A DNA stretch of 64,000 nucleotides from Candidatus Fermentibacterota bacterium (lineage in GTDB: Bacteria > Fermentibacterota > Fermentibacteria > Fermentibacterales > JCC-6), in NCBI GenBank assembly GCA_963845085.1, contig CAWJQI010000004.1, positions 512,001 to 576,000 of the forward strand, in the 5' to 3' direction. Position 1 is the first letter of the stretch. Each line of letters begins with the position of its first letter. Positions 1 through 9,813 of the stretch are shown piece by piece. The notes beneath the pieces were generated by a model. That model was not told where the DNA came from. It made no database searches and saw only the letters and a list, made by a program, of their open reading frames with translations. The position numbers were made by a program, and so were the translations under genes.

Positions 1-506
1 AAGCCACCATTGGGATCCCATCTGAGCGGCATGACTTCAACAAGGGCAAGGTTGCGGCCGCGCATCTCGCCGGCGTAGACAACGCGGACCCATTCGGATG
101 GGTAGGGCGTGCCCTGGGTGTAGACAGCCGGGTCGTGCACGACGGTGAAACTGTCGCGGGGACGGCTCTTCTCGGCGCTGATGATGCCGGGCTCGACAGG
201 AAACCCTGTGCCATCGACGGATTCAAGCCTCTGCTCGTTTACGCTGACCGAAACGGTGGCACCCACCGGAATCTCGATCCAGCTGCGATAAACCGGAAGC
301 CTCGGAAAGCCGGCCTCGGCAAGGTTCTCGGCCTCGGCCATCGAAACGGTTGTGTATGTAACACCACGGAGCAGAACGGTTCCAAACTCCGGAACAGCGG
401 CCCGAAGTGTCATGTCAAGGCCGTCAACAGTGCTCTCAGTGATGGAGACACCTGCGGAAAACCCGCTTGCGGCCACCACAAGGGCAAGAACAAGAACGAT
501 TTTCAA
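1..506 (-). CDS. C25 (gingipain-like) cysteine peptidase precursor, 5' part: signal peptide plus propeptide; runs off the window
   Basis: Absent from the ORF track. Manual translation from TTG at 506 (AAGGAG upstream): MKIVLVLALVVAASGFSA...GFPRLPVYRSWIEIPVGATVSV...YPSEWVRVVYAGEMRGRNLALVEVMPLRWDP, open to base 1. The G.P.LP....I.IP and G.MRG..LA.V.V.P patterns recall Propeptide_C25. Confidence 0.7.
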   Translation of the reverse strand, partial: MKIVLVLALVVAASGFSAGVSITESTVDGLDMTLRAAVPEFGTVLLRGVTYTTVSMAEAENLAEAGFPRLPVYRSWIEIPVGATVSVSVNEQRLESVDGTGFPVEPGIISAEKSRPRDSFTVVHDPAVYTQGTPYPSEWVRVVYAGEMRGRNLALVEVMPLRWDPNGG

Positions 507-611
507 AACATCTCCTTTGGCTTAAGAACCGCTTTTTACTGCGGTGGTTGATAATCCCACAACGAATGTAGAATTCTATAATAGGGAAAGTTCCAGCCCG
601 GGTAAAGGAGC

Positions 612-2714
612 GTGATGAAAACCCTGATCACCGCAGCACTCATCTTTCTGCTATCGGCACAGGCGTTCGCGGCGGACGGCATAACCCTTGTGTTGTCCGG
701 CGGTGGGGCCAGGGGGCTTGCTCACATTGGCGTACTGATGGCGCTGGAAGAGGAGGGTGTTCCGATCCGGGCACTCGCCGGCACCAGCATGGGTGCGCTG
801 CTGGCCGGTCTTTACGCCTGCGGTTACAACGCTGCCCAACTCGACAGCATAGCTGAAAGCCTGGACTGGAATCACCTCTTCAGCGCGGTTCCGGAGACAC
901 GCATGGCGCTGCTGCCGGAACGGATCCGGGGAAGGCAGGACCTGATTACACTGAGCCTGAGGGGACTCGTTCCAGTGATCCCGACAGGTGCGGTCTCCAA
1001 CATGAGGGTGGGCCTTCTTCTTTCCTCCCTGACCGGTCCTGCCCAGGTACAGCGGGGCAACTCCTTCGATTCGCTCCCAATCCCACTCAGGGTGGTCGCG
1101 GTGGACATTCCCACGTGCAGGCGCGTGATGTTCAGTTCAGGCGACCTTTCAAGGGCGTTGCTGGCGAGCATGGCCATCCCGGCCGTCTTCCCGGCGATAA
1201 GGGAGGGGGACATGCTGCTGGTCGACGGCGGTGTGTTCGATAATCTCCCGGTCGACGCGGCCGTGAAGGCCTGGCCGGAAAGCCCTGTTCTGGCCGTCGA
1301 TGTCGGCACCAGTTACCCCGACTCCTTCCCTGAATACCCGTCCATCCTCGAAGTGGGCAACTACACGTTCGACGCAATGTCCAAACGGGTGAACAGCGAG
1401 CACATGGCTGTTCCGGACTGGTATTTTGCCCCGGATCTCGACGATGCGAAGCTCTGGAGTTTCGGCGAACTTGACAGCCTTGTGGCCTGGGGTTACCAGC
1501 AGGCTCAGAGCTGGCTTGCGGCTCACCAAGAGGTTCCCAGGGGTGCACCACCGAGAGCTCCCCTCAGCATTCCCGTTTTCAGGATGAGAAACCTGCTGAT
1601 CTCCGGGAACCAGAGGGTTTCCTTCTCTGCAATAAATGCATGGCTGACCATCTCCAGGGGTGACTCCGTGACTCCGGAGGTCATGCGGGACGTTTCCGAG
1701 GAACTGTACGCATCAAGCCTTTTTGAAAGCGTAAGGCTCAGGTTGTACCCGGGAGCCTCCGTGAACGAGGTTGATGTCGCCTTCACCCTGAGGGAGAGCA
1801 ATCCTGCATCCCTGGGGATCGGGCTGACCTACCACAGCGATTACGGGCTGGACGGACGGATCACCATCGATCACAGGAACACCTTCAACAGGGGAATGAA
1901 CGGCCTGATAAACGCGGGCGGGGGTGGAAACTACGCCTTCCTGGAAGGATCGATCAACACCGGCGCAGGCCGTGGATACGTCAGGCTCGAGGGCGGACTG
2001 CATCAGATAAAGGCTGAGGAGCCTGACGCCGAAGGCAATACCCCGACAAGGGTATGGACAGATCATCACATTTCAGTCTCGTCGGGACGCACCGTATCCT
2101 GGTTCGGCCTTATGGAGACCGGCGTCGGCTGGTTCGGCAGGCGGTACAGCGGCTTCACAAGGGAAGGCTTCCCGGCTCTGTTCCTCCGTGCAACCGCCGA
2201 CACCCGGGACAATCCGACAGCCACTACACCCGGCACGCGGCTCTCCCTGGAATTCTCGGTCTGCCCGCAACCCGGCCACAGCCACAACCTGTTCAACTGG
2301 AGCTTTGACGGCATCGCAGGGAGCAGGAGGGGCTTTACCTCCGGCGTGAACACCTGGGGGCAGATCCTCACAGGAAGGAACTACCCCTGGCAGCTTTCCC
2401 GGTGTACCGCTGAAAGCAGCATTCCGGGCTACAAGTGGAACTCGCTCCCATCAAGGCAAAGGCTGGGAGCGGGCATCTTTCTTCAGCACAAGCTTGTGGG
2501 TCCCATAAATGCCGGCCTGAACGGCGGTGCATCCTGGGACTACGAATCCATAAGCTCTCCGGGCACCGGCGAACTGCGATACGGTTACGGTGCCTACCTG
2601 CAGATGAACGTACCGGGCGGTTCGGCAAGGCTCGCAATGGGAGTCCCCGAGGATGGTCCCATTCGCTGGACCGTATCGATGGGCAGTGATTACTCCTTCG
2701 GACCGGGAAGGTAG
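612..2714 (+). CDS. Patatin-like phospholipase with POTRA domain and C-terminal beta-barrel (PlpD/type Vd-like)
   Basis: Signal peptide; GGGARG, GTSMG (GxSxG) and DGG patatin motifs; POTRA-like ISGNQRVS...LYASSLFESV; C-terminus of alternating beta-strands. AAGGAG upstream. Confidence 0.85.
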   Translation: MMKTLITAALIFLLSAQAFAADGITLVLSGGGARGLAHIGVLMALEEEGVPIRALAGTSMGALLAGLYACGYNAAQLDSIAESLDWNHLFSAVPETRMALLPERIRGRQDLITLSLRGLVPVIPTGAVSNMRVGLLLSSLTGPAQVQRGNSFDSLPIPLRVVAVDIPTCRRVMFSSGDLSRALLASMAIPAVFPAIREGDMLLVDGGVFDNLPVDAAVKAWPESPVLAVDVGTSYPDSFPEYPSILEVGNYTFDAMSKRVNSEHMAVPDWYFAPDLDDAKLWSFGELDSLVAWGYQQAQSWLAAHQEVPRGAPPRAPLSIPVFRMRNLLISGNQRVSFSAINAWLTISRGDSVTPEVMRDVSEELYASSLFESVRLRLYPGASVNEVDVAFTLRESNPASLGIGLTYHSDYGLDGRITIDHRNTFNRGMNGLINAGGGGNYAFLEGSINTGAGRGYVRLEGGLHQIKAEEPDAEGNTPTRVWTDHHISVSSGRTVSWFGLMETGVGWFGRRYSGFTREGFPALFLRATADTRDNPTATTPGTRLSLEFSVCPQPGHSHNLFNWSFDGIAGSRRGFTSGVNTWGQILTGRNYPWQLSRCTAESSIPGYKWNSLPSRQRLGAGIFLQHKLVGPINAGLNGGASWDYESISSPGTGELRYGYGAYLQMNVPGGSARLAMGVPEDGPIRWTVSMGSDYSFGPGR

Positions 2715-2717
2715 GGC

Positions 2718-3059
2718 ATGAAAATACAAAGACGGCCGGCGACGAGGCCCGTAAGGGTGGTCGAGAACGGGGCTTCGGGTGTAAGCGAAGCCCTCATCGC
2801 TGATCAGGCTTCCGGGTGCGGGAAGTTCAGGGCGAAGAAAGTCTTCATCGCACCGGGAGGCAGGACAGCCCGTTTTGGCTCCGCCGCAGGTACACTGATC
2901 GTACTGCTCGAAGGCACCGCCGGTGCGGCTTCATCCGAGGGCGGCCTCGAGATCATTTCCCAGGGCGATGCGTTGGTACTCGCTCCCGGAGAGGAATGCC
3001 GGCTCATCAACCACGGCGATGACAGGGCCGTCGTCCTGAAGGTGGAGGGCAACACCTGA
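2718..3059 (+). CDS. Cupin-domain protein
   Basis: Cupin pattern IVLLEG...GDALVLAPGEECRLINHGD; begins 3 nt after the patatin stop. Confidence 0.7.
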   Translation: MKIQRRPATRPVRVVENGASGVSEALIADQASGCGKFRAKKVFIAPGGRTARFGSAAGTLIVLLEGTAGAASSEGGLEIISQGDALVLAPGEECRLINHGDDRAVVLKVEGNT

Positions 3060-3291
3060 TCAGCTGCCATGCAGCTCCTGCCCCACCGATCATGAGGCGC
3101 CAGAGCTGCTGAGACGGCTAAATACCTTTCCTGCATGGTTTTCCTGAGTATTCGGCAGGCAGGTTCCCGCGCATCCTGCATCTCCCATCGCGCAGAGCGG
3201 GAAACATACCCGCCGCACCCACGTTCGAACCCGGCACTTGGCATTGGAATTGTTCTTGGTTACTATTCAGAGGGAGGGGGTGGTGGCAGTC

Positions 3292-4509
3292 ATGTCCACA
3301 AAACTGGCAACCGGGCTTGCCGGGGCAAAAAACTGTGCCGCTGCAACCGACACCGCGCTGAAGGAAGCCCTTGGCAAACTTGGAGGCGCTTCTCCCGCGC
3401 TTGCGCTGGTTCATGCCTCATCAAGCTGTGACTATCGTCAGGTTCTCGACACGGTCAGAGCCGGGCTTGGAAGCATCCCCGTCATTGGCTGCTCAACCGC
3501 AGGGCACTTCACTGAAAGCAGGGTCGGACCCGGCGGTGTCGCCATCGGCATTTTCTCATCCGACACGATGCACTTCTCAACCGCCATGGCCCAGGGGCTT
3601 AGAAACGATCCCGAAGCCGTTGCGAGAAACCTTGCACAATGCATTCCACCAGTGGAATCGGGAAGGCACCTCACCGCACTCCTTTTCGCCGACGGCCTCT
3701 CCGGAACTGGTGAGGAGTTGTCCCTCAACTGCTCACGGCTCTTCGAGAGGTACGCGGGATGCCCGGTAACCCTGATCGGCGGCTTCGCGGGCGACGACCT
3801 CCTCTTCAATGAAACCCGGGTCTTTCATGGTGTTGAACATGCCTCCGATTCAGCGGCAGTCTGTTTCATCACATCCGTGCAGCCCTTTCACACCGGGGTG
3901 AAGCACGGGCACACCCCGCTGAGCCGCAGCCATACCATTACAAAGGCCCAGGGCAACCGTGTCTACGAAGTCGACGGATTGCCCGCCTGGAATGTCTGGT
4001 CGAGGGAAACCGCGTTCGCAGTGGAACAGCTCAAGGCAAGGTACCGGATACAGAAACCCGAGGATTTCACCAAGCTCGTCCTGGGCAACTTTGAACTGGG
4101 GCTGTGCACCGACGGCGATGAATACAAGATCAGGTTTCCTCTTGCGGTCAACCCTGACGGTTCAATGGTGTTCACCTGTTCAATCCCGAACGGTTCGGTC
4201 TTCCGCATAATGGACGGCGGCAACATCGAAGCCCAGATCGAGGCTTCAGAACTGGCGGCCCGGGCCGCTGTCGATTCGGCCGGTCTTGCAGGGCAGAGCG
4301 GCTACGCCGGAATGCTTGTCTTCGAATGCGGTATCAGGCTTGCGCTGCTCGAGGACAGTTTCACGAGAGCGATTGAATCCTACAGAAGGATCCTGCCGGG
4401 CGCTCCGATCCTTGGCTGGGAAACCTACGGAGAGATCAGGATGACCACGGGAAGCTACAGTGGCTTTCACAACACCACAACCGTTGTTGCACTGGTACCG
4501 GAAAGCTGA
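3292..4509 (+). CDS. FIST N/C domain sensor protein (NosP-like family)
   Basis: IGCSTAG, ADGL, GGFAGD, HGHTP, FECGIR and ETYGE motifs typical of FIST. Start set at ATG 3292 after a G-rich RBS. Confidence 0.88.
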   Translation: MSTKLATGLAGAKNCAAATDTALKEALGKLGGASPALALVHASSSCDYRQVLDTVRAGLGSIPVIGCSTAGHFTESRVGPGGVAIGIFSSDTMHFSTAMAQGLRNDPEAVARNLAQCIPPVESGRHLTALLFADGLSGTGEELSLNCSRLFERYAGCPVTLIGGFAGDDLLFNETRVFHGVEHASDSAAVCFITSVQPFHTGVKHGHTPLSRSHTITKAQGNRVYEVDGLPAWNVWSRETAFAVEQLKARYRIQKPEDFTKLVLGNFELGLCTDGDEYKIRFPLAVNPDGSMVFTCSIPNGSVFRIMDGGNIEAQIEASELAARAAVDSAGLAGQSGYAGMLVFECGIRLALLEDSFTRAIESYRRILPGAPILGWETYGEIRMTTGSYSGFHNTTTVVALVPES

Positions 4510-4513
4510 GGCA

Positions 4514-6337
4514 ATGGATCCCGATGGAAGGCTTGCCAGCCCGTTCGACACCCCGATAACGGTGTCCGTCCGGGAGATCGAGCTCGCGCTGGCCGAAAGC
4601 TCGGGAATCGAGGCAGCCAGGGTAAAGGTCTCCGAAGCCATGGCGGCATGCGGCTTTCACAACCTGGAAACACTCAACCCGCAGCAGGCCGGCAGGGTGT
4701 GTTCCATGCTCATGCGGCTGGGCGGGCTTTATGCCATGGTGGCGGAAAGCTTCCTTAACGGCCTTGAGAAACGGCTGCTTAGAACCGTCGAACAGACGCT
4801 CTGGCGTTCCGAGGAGATGCTGGGAACGCTGATCGACACCATCCCGTCGGCGATCTACATGAAGGATACACAGGGACGCCTCATTCTCGTGAACGAGGCT
4901 TATGAAAAAATCTCCGGGAAATCCCGAGACCGGATCATTGGTGAGCTTGAGAGGAATGTCCTTCCCGAACCGGCAGCCATTGAGAATGGGAAGGTTGACC
5001 GTTGGGTGTTGTCGGGTGGAAAGCAGTTCCGCCACGAACTCTCGATGGAGACCGGAAACATGCTCAGGGTCTATGAGGCCGTTAAAACCCCGGTCAGGAA
5101 CAGCGACGGCGAGGTGCTCGGACTGCTTGGCGTTCTTAACGATGTCACGGACAGGAAACTGATACAGGAAGAGCTCCTGAAAGCCGTGAGGCTTGAATCG
5201 GTGGGGCAGCTCGCAGGTGGGATCGCTCACGATTTCAACAACCTCCTCACCGTGATAATCGGCGCGGCATCCCTCGCGCAGCGGAAGGTCGAGCAGGGGC
5301 AGGATCCCGGAAATACATTCGACAGGCTGCAGGATGCGGCATTGAAGGCGAAGGCGCTTACCCACCGGCTTCTGACGTTCAGTTCGGGCGGCGCCCCCGT
5401 GAAGAACCTCGTCGATTTCCGGGAACTGCTCGAAGAGGCTGTCGAGCTTTCACTCTCCGGAACCAGGATCCGCTGCGTGTTCGAGTTCCCCAGGGAACTG
5501 CATGTGGTCCAGTGCGACAGGAGCCAGCTGATTCAGGTCATCCACAGCATAGTGAACAACGCTGTCCAGGCAATGCCGGCCGGAGGAACCATAACTGTTT
5601 CTGCAGAAAACGTGATGGTTCGGGATTCACGTGACAAGGAGACGGAGGGCGGGATGGAAGGTGAAAGCCTTCCGCTGAAATCGGGCGATTATCTGCGATT
5701 CTGCATAAGGGACCACGGAGGCGGGATACCAAAGGATATCAGAACCCGGATTTTCGACCCGTATTTCACCACCCGGGACAAGTCGACCGGTCTCGGGCTC
5801 CCGACGGCCTACAACGTTCTCAGGCGGCATGGCGGCTTCCTGCGGTTCGAACCCCCGCCGGGCGGCGGAGCCGCTTTTTTCGGCTACCTGCCCTCTGCGG
5901 GAGATGTCCCGGATCGGCCTGATTCCACACCCGTCCCGCGCGCGAACCTGAAGGTTCTGGTCATGGATGATGAGCCGATGGTTCTGGAAACAGTGGGTGA
6001 GATGCTCGAAGCCCTCGGCCATTCAGCCGATCTGGCCAGCGACGGCGCCGCAGTTGTTGATATGTACGGAACAGCAATCGAAACGGGCGAACCCTACGAT
6101 CTATTGATTCTCGACCTTACGGTCCCCGGGGGGATTGGTGGCGACGAAACGCTGGGGATTCTCAGAAACCGGTATCCTGATGTAAAGGCTTTTGTATCGA
6201 GCGGTTACTCGAACAATCCCATAATGGCCAACTTTGAGAAGCACGGCTTTGTAGGGGTCATTGCAAAACCGTATCGCCTTGACCAACTGGGCGACACTAT
6301 TCTGAACTACCTGTCCGCCTCCGGCAGCCACGTCTGA
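4514..6337 (+). CDS. Cytoplasmic hybrid histidine kinase (unknown N-domain, PAS, HisKA, HATPase, REC)
   Basis: H-box AGGIAHDFNNLL, N-box VNNAVQAM, DHGGGI, FDPYFTT, TGLGL; receiver VMDDE...LDLTVPG...AKPY; PAS YMKDTQGR. ATG 4 nt after the FIST stop. Confidence 0.92.
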   Translation: MDPDGRLASPFDTPITVSVREIELALAESSGIEAARVKVSEAMAACGFHNLETLNPQQAGRVCSMLMRLGGLYAMVAESFLNGLEKRLLRTVEQTLWRSEEMLGTLIDTIPSAIYMKDTQGRLILVNEAYEKISGKSRDRIIGELERNVLPEPAAIENGKVDRWVLSGGKQFRHELSMETGNMLRVYEAVKTPVRNSDGEVLGLLGVLNDVTDRKLIQEELLKAVRLESVGQLAGGIAHDFNNLLTVIIGAASLAQRKVEQGQDPGNTFDRLQDAALKAKALTHRLLTFSSGGAPVKNLVDFRELLEEAVELSLSGTRIRCVFEFPRELHVVQCDRSQLIQVIHSIVNNAVQAMPAGGTITVSAENVMVRDSRDKETEGGMEGESLPLKSGDYLRFCIRDHGGGIPKDIRTRIFDPYFTTRDKSTGLGLPTAYNVLRRHGGFLRFEPPPGGGAAFFGYLPSAGDVPDRPDSTPVPRANLKVLVMDDEPMVLETVGEMLEALGHSADLASDGAAVVDMYGTAIETGEPYDLLILDLTVPGGIGGDETLGILRNRYPDVKAFVSSGYSNNPIMANFEKHGFVGVIAKPYRLDQLGDTILNYLSASGSHV

Positions 6338-6371
6338 ACCTTGCGAGTGCTGAAGGCCGGCAGCGCTCCGG

Positions 6372-8642
6372 TCACTTCAGACAGTAAACCTGGAAACGGT
6401 TGACGCCTTCATCATCGCGGACCTTGTGGACGCCGTGGATCTCGCCCTCGAATCCGGGGAACATCGCCTCAAGCTCTTCGACCGCACCGAGATAATCCAT
6501 GATGTGCCCGGTTTCTGCGGTTATCATCTCACCCGGCATAATAATGGGAATGCCCGGAGGGTAGGGCACAACCTGAACAGCCACGACCCTGTTCTCCAGA
6601 TTCCTGATGCTCACCCTCTCAACTTCACCCCTAACCATTTCCCGGTAAGCCTGGCCGGGGGTCATCACCTGGCGGGGAAGGGTGCGGAAACAGGAAAGCA
6701 TGCCCTCCACCAGCTTGAATTCCCTCAGGAAGGTGTGCATCCTCATGCAGAGCTGCTGAATGGTCATGTCTCCGTACTCATCGGGATGGCTCTTCACAAG
6801 ATCGGGCAGGATCTCCTCCAGCTCGACGTCCTCATCGTAGAGCTCCTTGAACCGGAACAGCTCGGCGAGCAGGGTTCCCGATTTGCCCTTTGTGATCCCG
6901 ATGCTGAACAGGAGAAGCCACGAGTAGTGACCTGTCTTTTCGACCATGATGCCCCTGGAACGAAGCCATTTCGTGACGATGGCCGCCGGAATGCCCCACT
7001 GGTCGAGAACACCTTCCCGTGTGATCCCGGGGGTGGCAAGCGTGACCTTGAAGGGGTCAAGCATTATCCCGCCTTCGTCCATTCCGTTGAACATGTGCCA
7101 GGTGTCGGAGGCCTTGAGCATCCACCACTCCTGTTCGGCGAGCAGCATCTTGTCCTCAACGTCGAGAAGGTTGTCGGGCTGCCATGCCGTGAACCACCAC
7201 TTACGGGCGGGATCCGACTCCGAGTGCATGATCTCGCTGTTGATCGAGGCCATCGTCTTCCTGAAAACAACGGGCTCGCGAAGTGCTTCCTGCATCATCC
7301 TGACCCCGGCCTTGCCCTCCATCATCTGCGTCGAGACGTCGAGGGTGGCGATCATGCCGTACTGGGGGGATGTCGAGCTGTGCATCAGATAGGCTTCATT
7401 GAACACATCGGGGTCGATCTTGCGATCGGAACCGTCCCGGTAGTGGACCATCGACGCCTGTGACATCGCAGCCAGGGTCTTGTGGGTCGACTGGGTGGCA
7501 AAGACCGGCATCCTTGCTTCTTCGTCGCCCGGTCTGGGGGTCATGGCGTAATGCCCCCGGTAAAGCGGATGGAAATGGGCGTAAGCGAACCAGGCTTCGT
7601 CGAAGTGAATGCCGTCAACCGTATCGGAGAGCGCTTCGGTGATCCGGAGCGTGTTGTAGCACAGGCCGTCGTAGGTGCTGTTGGTGATCGCTGCAAGACG
7701 AACCCTGGCATTCTTGTCGGCAATAAGGGGGCAGTCCTCTATCTTCGCCCTGATGGCCTTGCTGTCGAATTCCTTGACTGAAATCGGGCCTATCGTGCCG
7801 TACGGGTTCCTGGTGGGCATGAAATAGATCGGAATCGCGTCGGCGAGAATGATGGCATGGTTGATGCTCTTGTGGCAGTTCCGGTCCACCACGACAACAT
7901 CGCCAGTGGTGACCATGGCACTCCAGACCATGAGGTTTGCGGCACTTGAGCCGTTGGTGACAAAGAATGTCTGGCTGGCGTTGAACACCCTTGCCGCATG
8001 CCTCTCCGCGGCACCGATGGGACCCTGGTGGTCGGGAAGGGACCCCAGTTCGGGAACCGATACGGACAGGTCAGCCCTGAACATGTTCTCACCGAAGAAG
8101 TCAAAGCACACCTTGCCGGCGGGCGTCTTCATGAATGCCACCCCGCCCATGTGCCCGGGAGTATGCCAGGAGTAACGGTACTCTTCGGCGTACTTCACCA
8201 GTTCGCGAAAGAATACGGGTAGGATGCCCTCGATGTACGACAGCGCTGCCTTTTCTATCCTGCCCGCAATGAAGTCGGGAGTGTCTTCCGCCAGCCAAAT
8301 GTAGCCGTCGATCTCCCTCAGGATGCCAATAGGAAGCTTCTCCACGCTGAACCTGTCAGTCATGAGAAGCACGGGCAGCACATCGCTGAAGCGCCTTATA
8401 CCCCTGAGGAAATCCTGGGGCATGTCGGTTTCGGTGTTCCAGTCCACCACGGCGCAACCAAGGTTCGGGTGGGTGTGGAAGTCGCTGAGGCCATCAGTGC
8501 AATTCTCAGCCTTGAGCACTGTGAAACCCGAGGTTTCAAGCTTTTCAGCGATCGCCCGCACCCTTCTTCCCTCAAGGGTGTGGGATCCGATCTCTCCGCT
8601 TACGATGAGAATGGGGAACGATCCCCTGTTTACTGCCTTCAT
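6372..8642 (-). CDS. Orn/Lys/Arg decarboxylase (AAT-fold, with wing domain; AdiA/LdcC/SpeF family)
   Basis: WHTPGHMGG, ADLSVS, FVTNGSS, DRNCHKS, HFDEAW, TQSTHK (PLP Lys), STSPQY, PYPPGIP, FPGFEGEIHG. Confidence 0.95.
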   Translation of the reverse strand: MKAVNRGSFPILIVSGEIGSHTLEGRRVRAIAEKLETSGFTVLKAENCTDGLSDFHTHPNLGCAVVDWNTETDMPQDFLRGIRRFSDVLPVLLMTDRFSVEKLPIGILREIDGYIWLAEDTPDFIAGRIEKAALSYIEGILPVFFRELVKYAEEYRYSWHTPGHMGGVAFMKTPAGKVCFDFFGENMFRADLSVSVPELGSLPDHQGPIGAAERHAARVFNASQTFFVTNGSSAANLMVWSAMVTTGDVVVVDRNCHKSINHAIILADAIPIYFMPTRNPYGTIGPISVKEFDSKAIRAKIEDCPLIADKNARVRLAAITNSTYDGLCYNTLRITEALSDTVDGIHFDEAWFAYAHFHPLYRGHYAMTPRPGDEEARMPVFATQSTHKTLAAMSQASMVHYRDGSDRKIDPDVFNEAYLMHSSTSPQYGMIATLDVSTQMMEGKAGVRMMQEALREPVVFRKTMASINSEIMHSESDPARKWWFTAWQPDNLLDVEDKMLLAEQEWWMLKASDTWHMFNGMDEGGIMLDPFKVTLATPGITREGVLDQWGIPAAIVTKWLRSRGIMVEKTGHYSWLLLFSIGITKGKSGTLLAELFRFKELYDEDVELEEILPDLVKSHPDEYGDMTIQQLCMRMHTFLREFKLVEGMLSCFRTLPRQVMTPGQAYREMVRGEVERVSIRNLENRVVAVQVVPYPPGIPIIMPGEMITAETGHIMDYLGAVEELEAMFPGFEGEIHGVHKVRDDEGVNRFQVYCLK

Positions 8643-8787
8643 TATTCCCTCTCCTGAAAACGGTGGGAAACAGAACCGGGTTCACTCCGGAATATACAAT
8701 TGCGCGCCCAGGTCACTCCGGTGCCGGGATCATACGAAACACCACCGTTAGACAATTCACATCAACAGGTTGCGCAGACAATCTAAT

Positions 8788-9729
8788 CTATCTTAGTCCG
8801 TCCCCGAACCACGAGACGGTGCGGGCGAGGCCGTCGGCAAAGGAGACGACGGGGGAGTAACCCAGAACCCTCTCGGCCAGGGAGATGGAGGCGCACGAGT
8901 GAAGGACGTCACCGGGACGGGCCTCGCGATGCGCCGGGGTGATCTCGGGGCGGCCCACGAGGCGGGCGATCTCACAGGCGAGATGGTTCACGGTGACCGA
9001 ACCGTGACAGGCGACGTTGATCACGCGGCCCGGTGCATCAGGTGCGTCCGCGGCAAGAAGGTTTCCGTGAACGACGTTCGCAACGTATGTAAAGTCACGG
9101 CTCTGCTCACCGGAACCGTTGATGAACGGCGCCCTGCCCTCCCTGAACGCCCTTATGAAAAGGGGGATGACCGCCGAGTAGGGGCTGTCGGGGTCCTGGA
9201 ACGGCCCGAAAACGTTGAAATAGCGAAGCGCAACCGTTTCGAGGCCGTAAATCCTGTGGAATACCTGGAAGTAGGCCTCTCCGGCAAGCTTGCTCACCGC
9301 ATAGGGGGAGAGAGGCATCGGGGGGAGGCTCTCGTCCTTGACTTCGCACGGAGCGTTGCCGTAGATCGAAGAGGACGAGGCGAAAACCACCCTGCGCACG
9401 CCTGCATCAACGGCGGCATGCAGCACGTTAAGGGTGCCCCCGACATTCACTTCATTCGAGGTGATCGGATCGGCTATCGAACGGGGAACGGACGGGAGGG
9501 CTCCCTCGTGGAACACGACCTCCACCCCCTTCATCGCCTGCTGGACAATATGGAAGCTGCGGATGTCACCCTCGAGAACCTCGACATCGGAGGCCACATC
9601 CTCAAGGTTTTTCCTGTGCCCCGTGGAAAAGTTGTCGAGCACCCGAACGCTCAGACCCCTGGACAGGAGCTCTCTGACTATGTTGCACCCGATGAAGCCG
9701 GCACCGCCGGTAACGAGATGAATGCCCAT
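8788..9729 (-). CDS. NAD-dependent epimerase/dehydratase (UDP-GlcNAc/UDP-Glc 4-epimerase, WbpP-like)
   Basis: TGGAGFIG, SVPRSIADP, ASSSSIYG, YAVSK (YxxxK), LRYFNVFGP.QDP, RDFTYV. Confidence 0.92.
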   Translation of the reverse strand: MGIHLVTGGAGFIGCNIVRELLSRGLSVRVLDNFSTGHRKNLEDVASDVEVLEGDIRSFHIVQQAMKGVEVVFHEGALPSVPRSIADPITSNEVNVGGTLNVLHAAVDAGVRRVVFASSSSIYGNAPCEVKDESLPPMPLSPYAVSKLAGEAYFQVFHRIYGLETVALRYFNVFGPFQDPDSPYSAVIPLFIRAFREGRAPFINGSGEQSRDFTYVANVVHGNLLAADAPDAPGRVINVACHGSVTVNHLACEIARLVGRPEITPAHREARPGDVLHSCASISLAERVLGYSPVVSFADGLARTVSWFGDGLR

Positions 9730-9813
9730 TCACTGCCTTTCCATAACCGTTCAGGGTGTCACCGCACAGGGTGGCCCGGAACGGATACCGTCCCCGGTTC
9801 CCTCCAGTGGGGA

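Noticed and set aside
135..551. 138-aa plus-strand ORF
   Set aside because: Antisense shadow of the C25-like gene, which has an RBS, signal peptide and family motifs.
2712..2720. In-frame TAG GGC ATG between patatin and cupin, possible readthrough
   Set aside because: Both proteins are complete, the cupin has its own ATG, and a fusion after a barrel C-terminus is implausible.
3215..3240. GTTCGAACCC resembling a tRNA T-loop
   Set aside because: No T-stem pairing or cloverleaf in the flanks.
8788..9729. Epimerase as the missing rmlB
   Set aside because: Has the SVPRS WbpP-type signature, not ESHVDRS or STDEVYG of RmlB.
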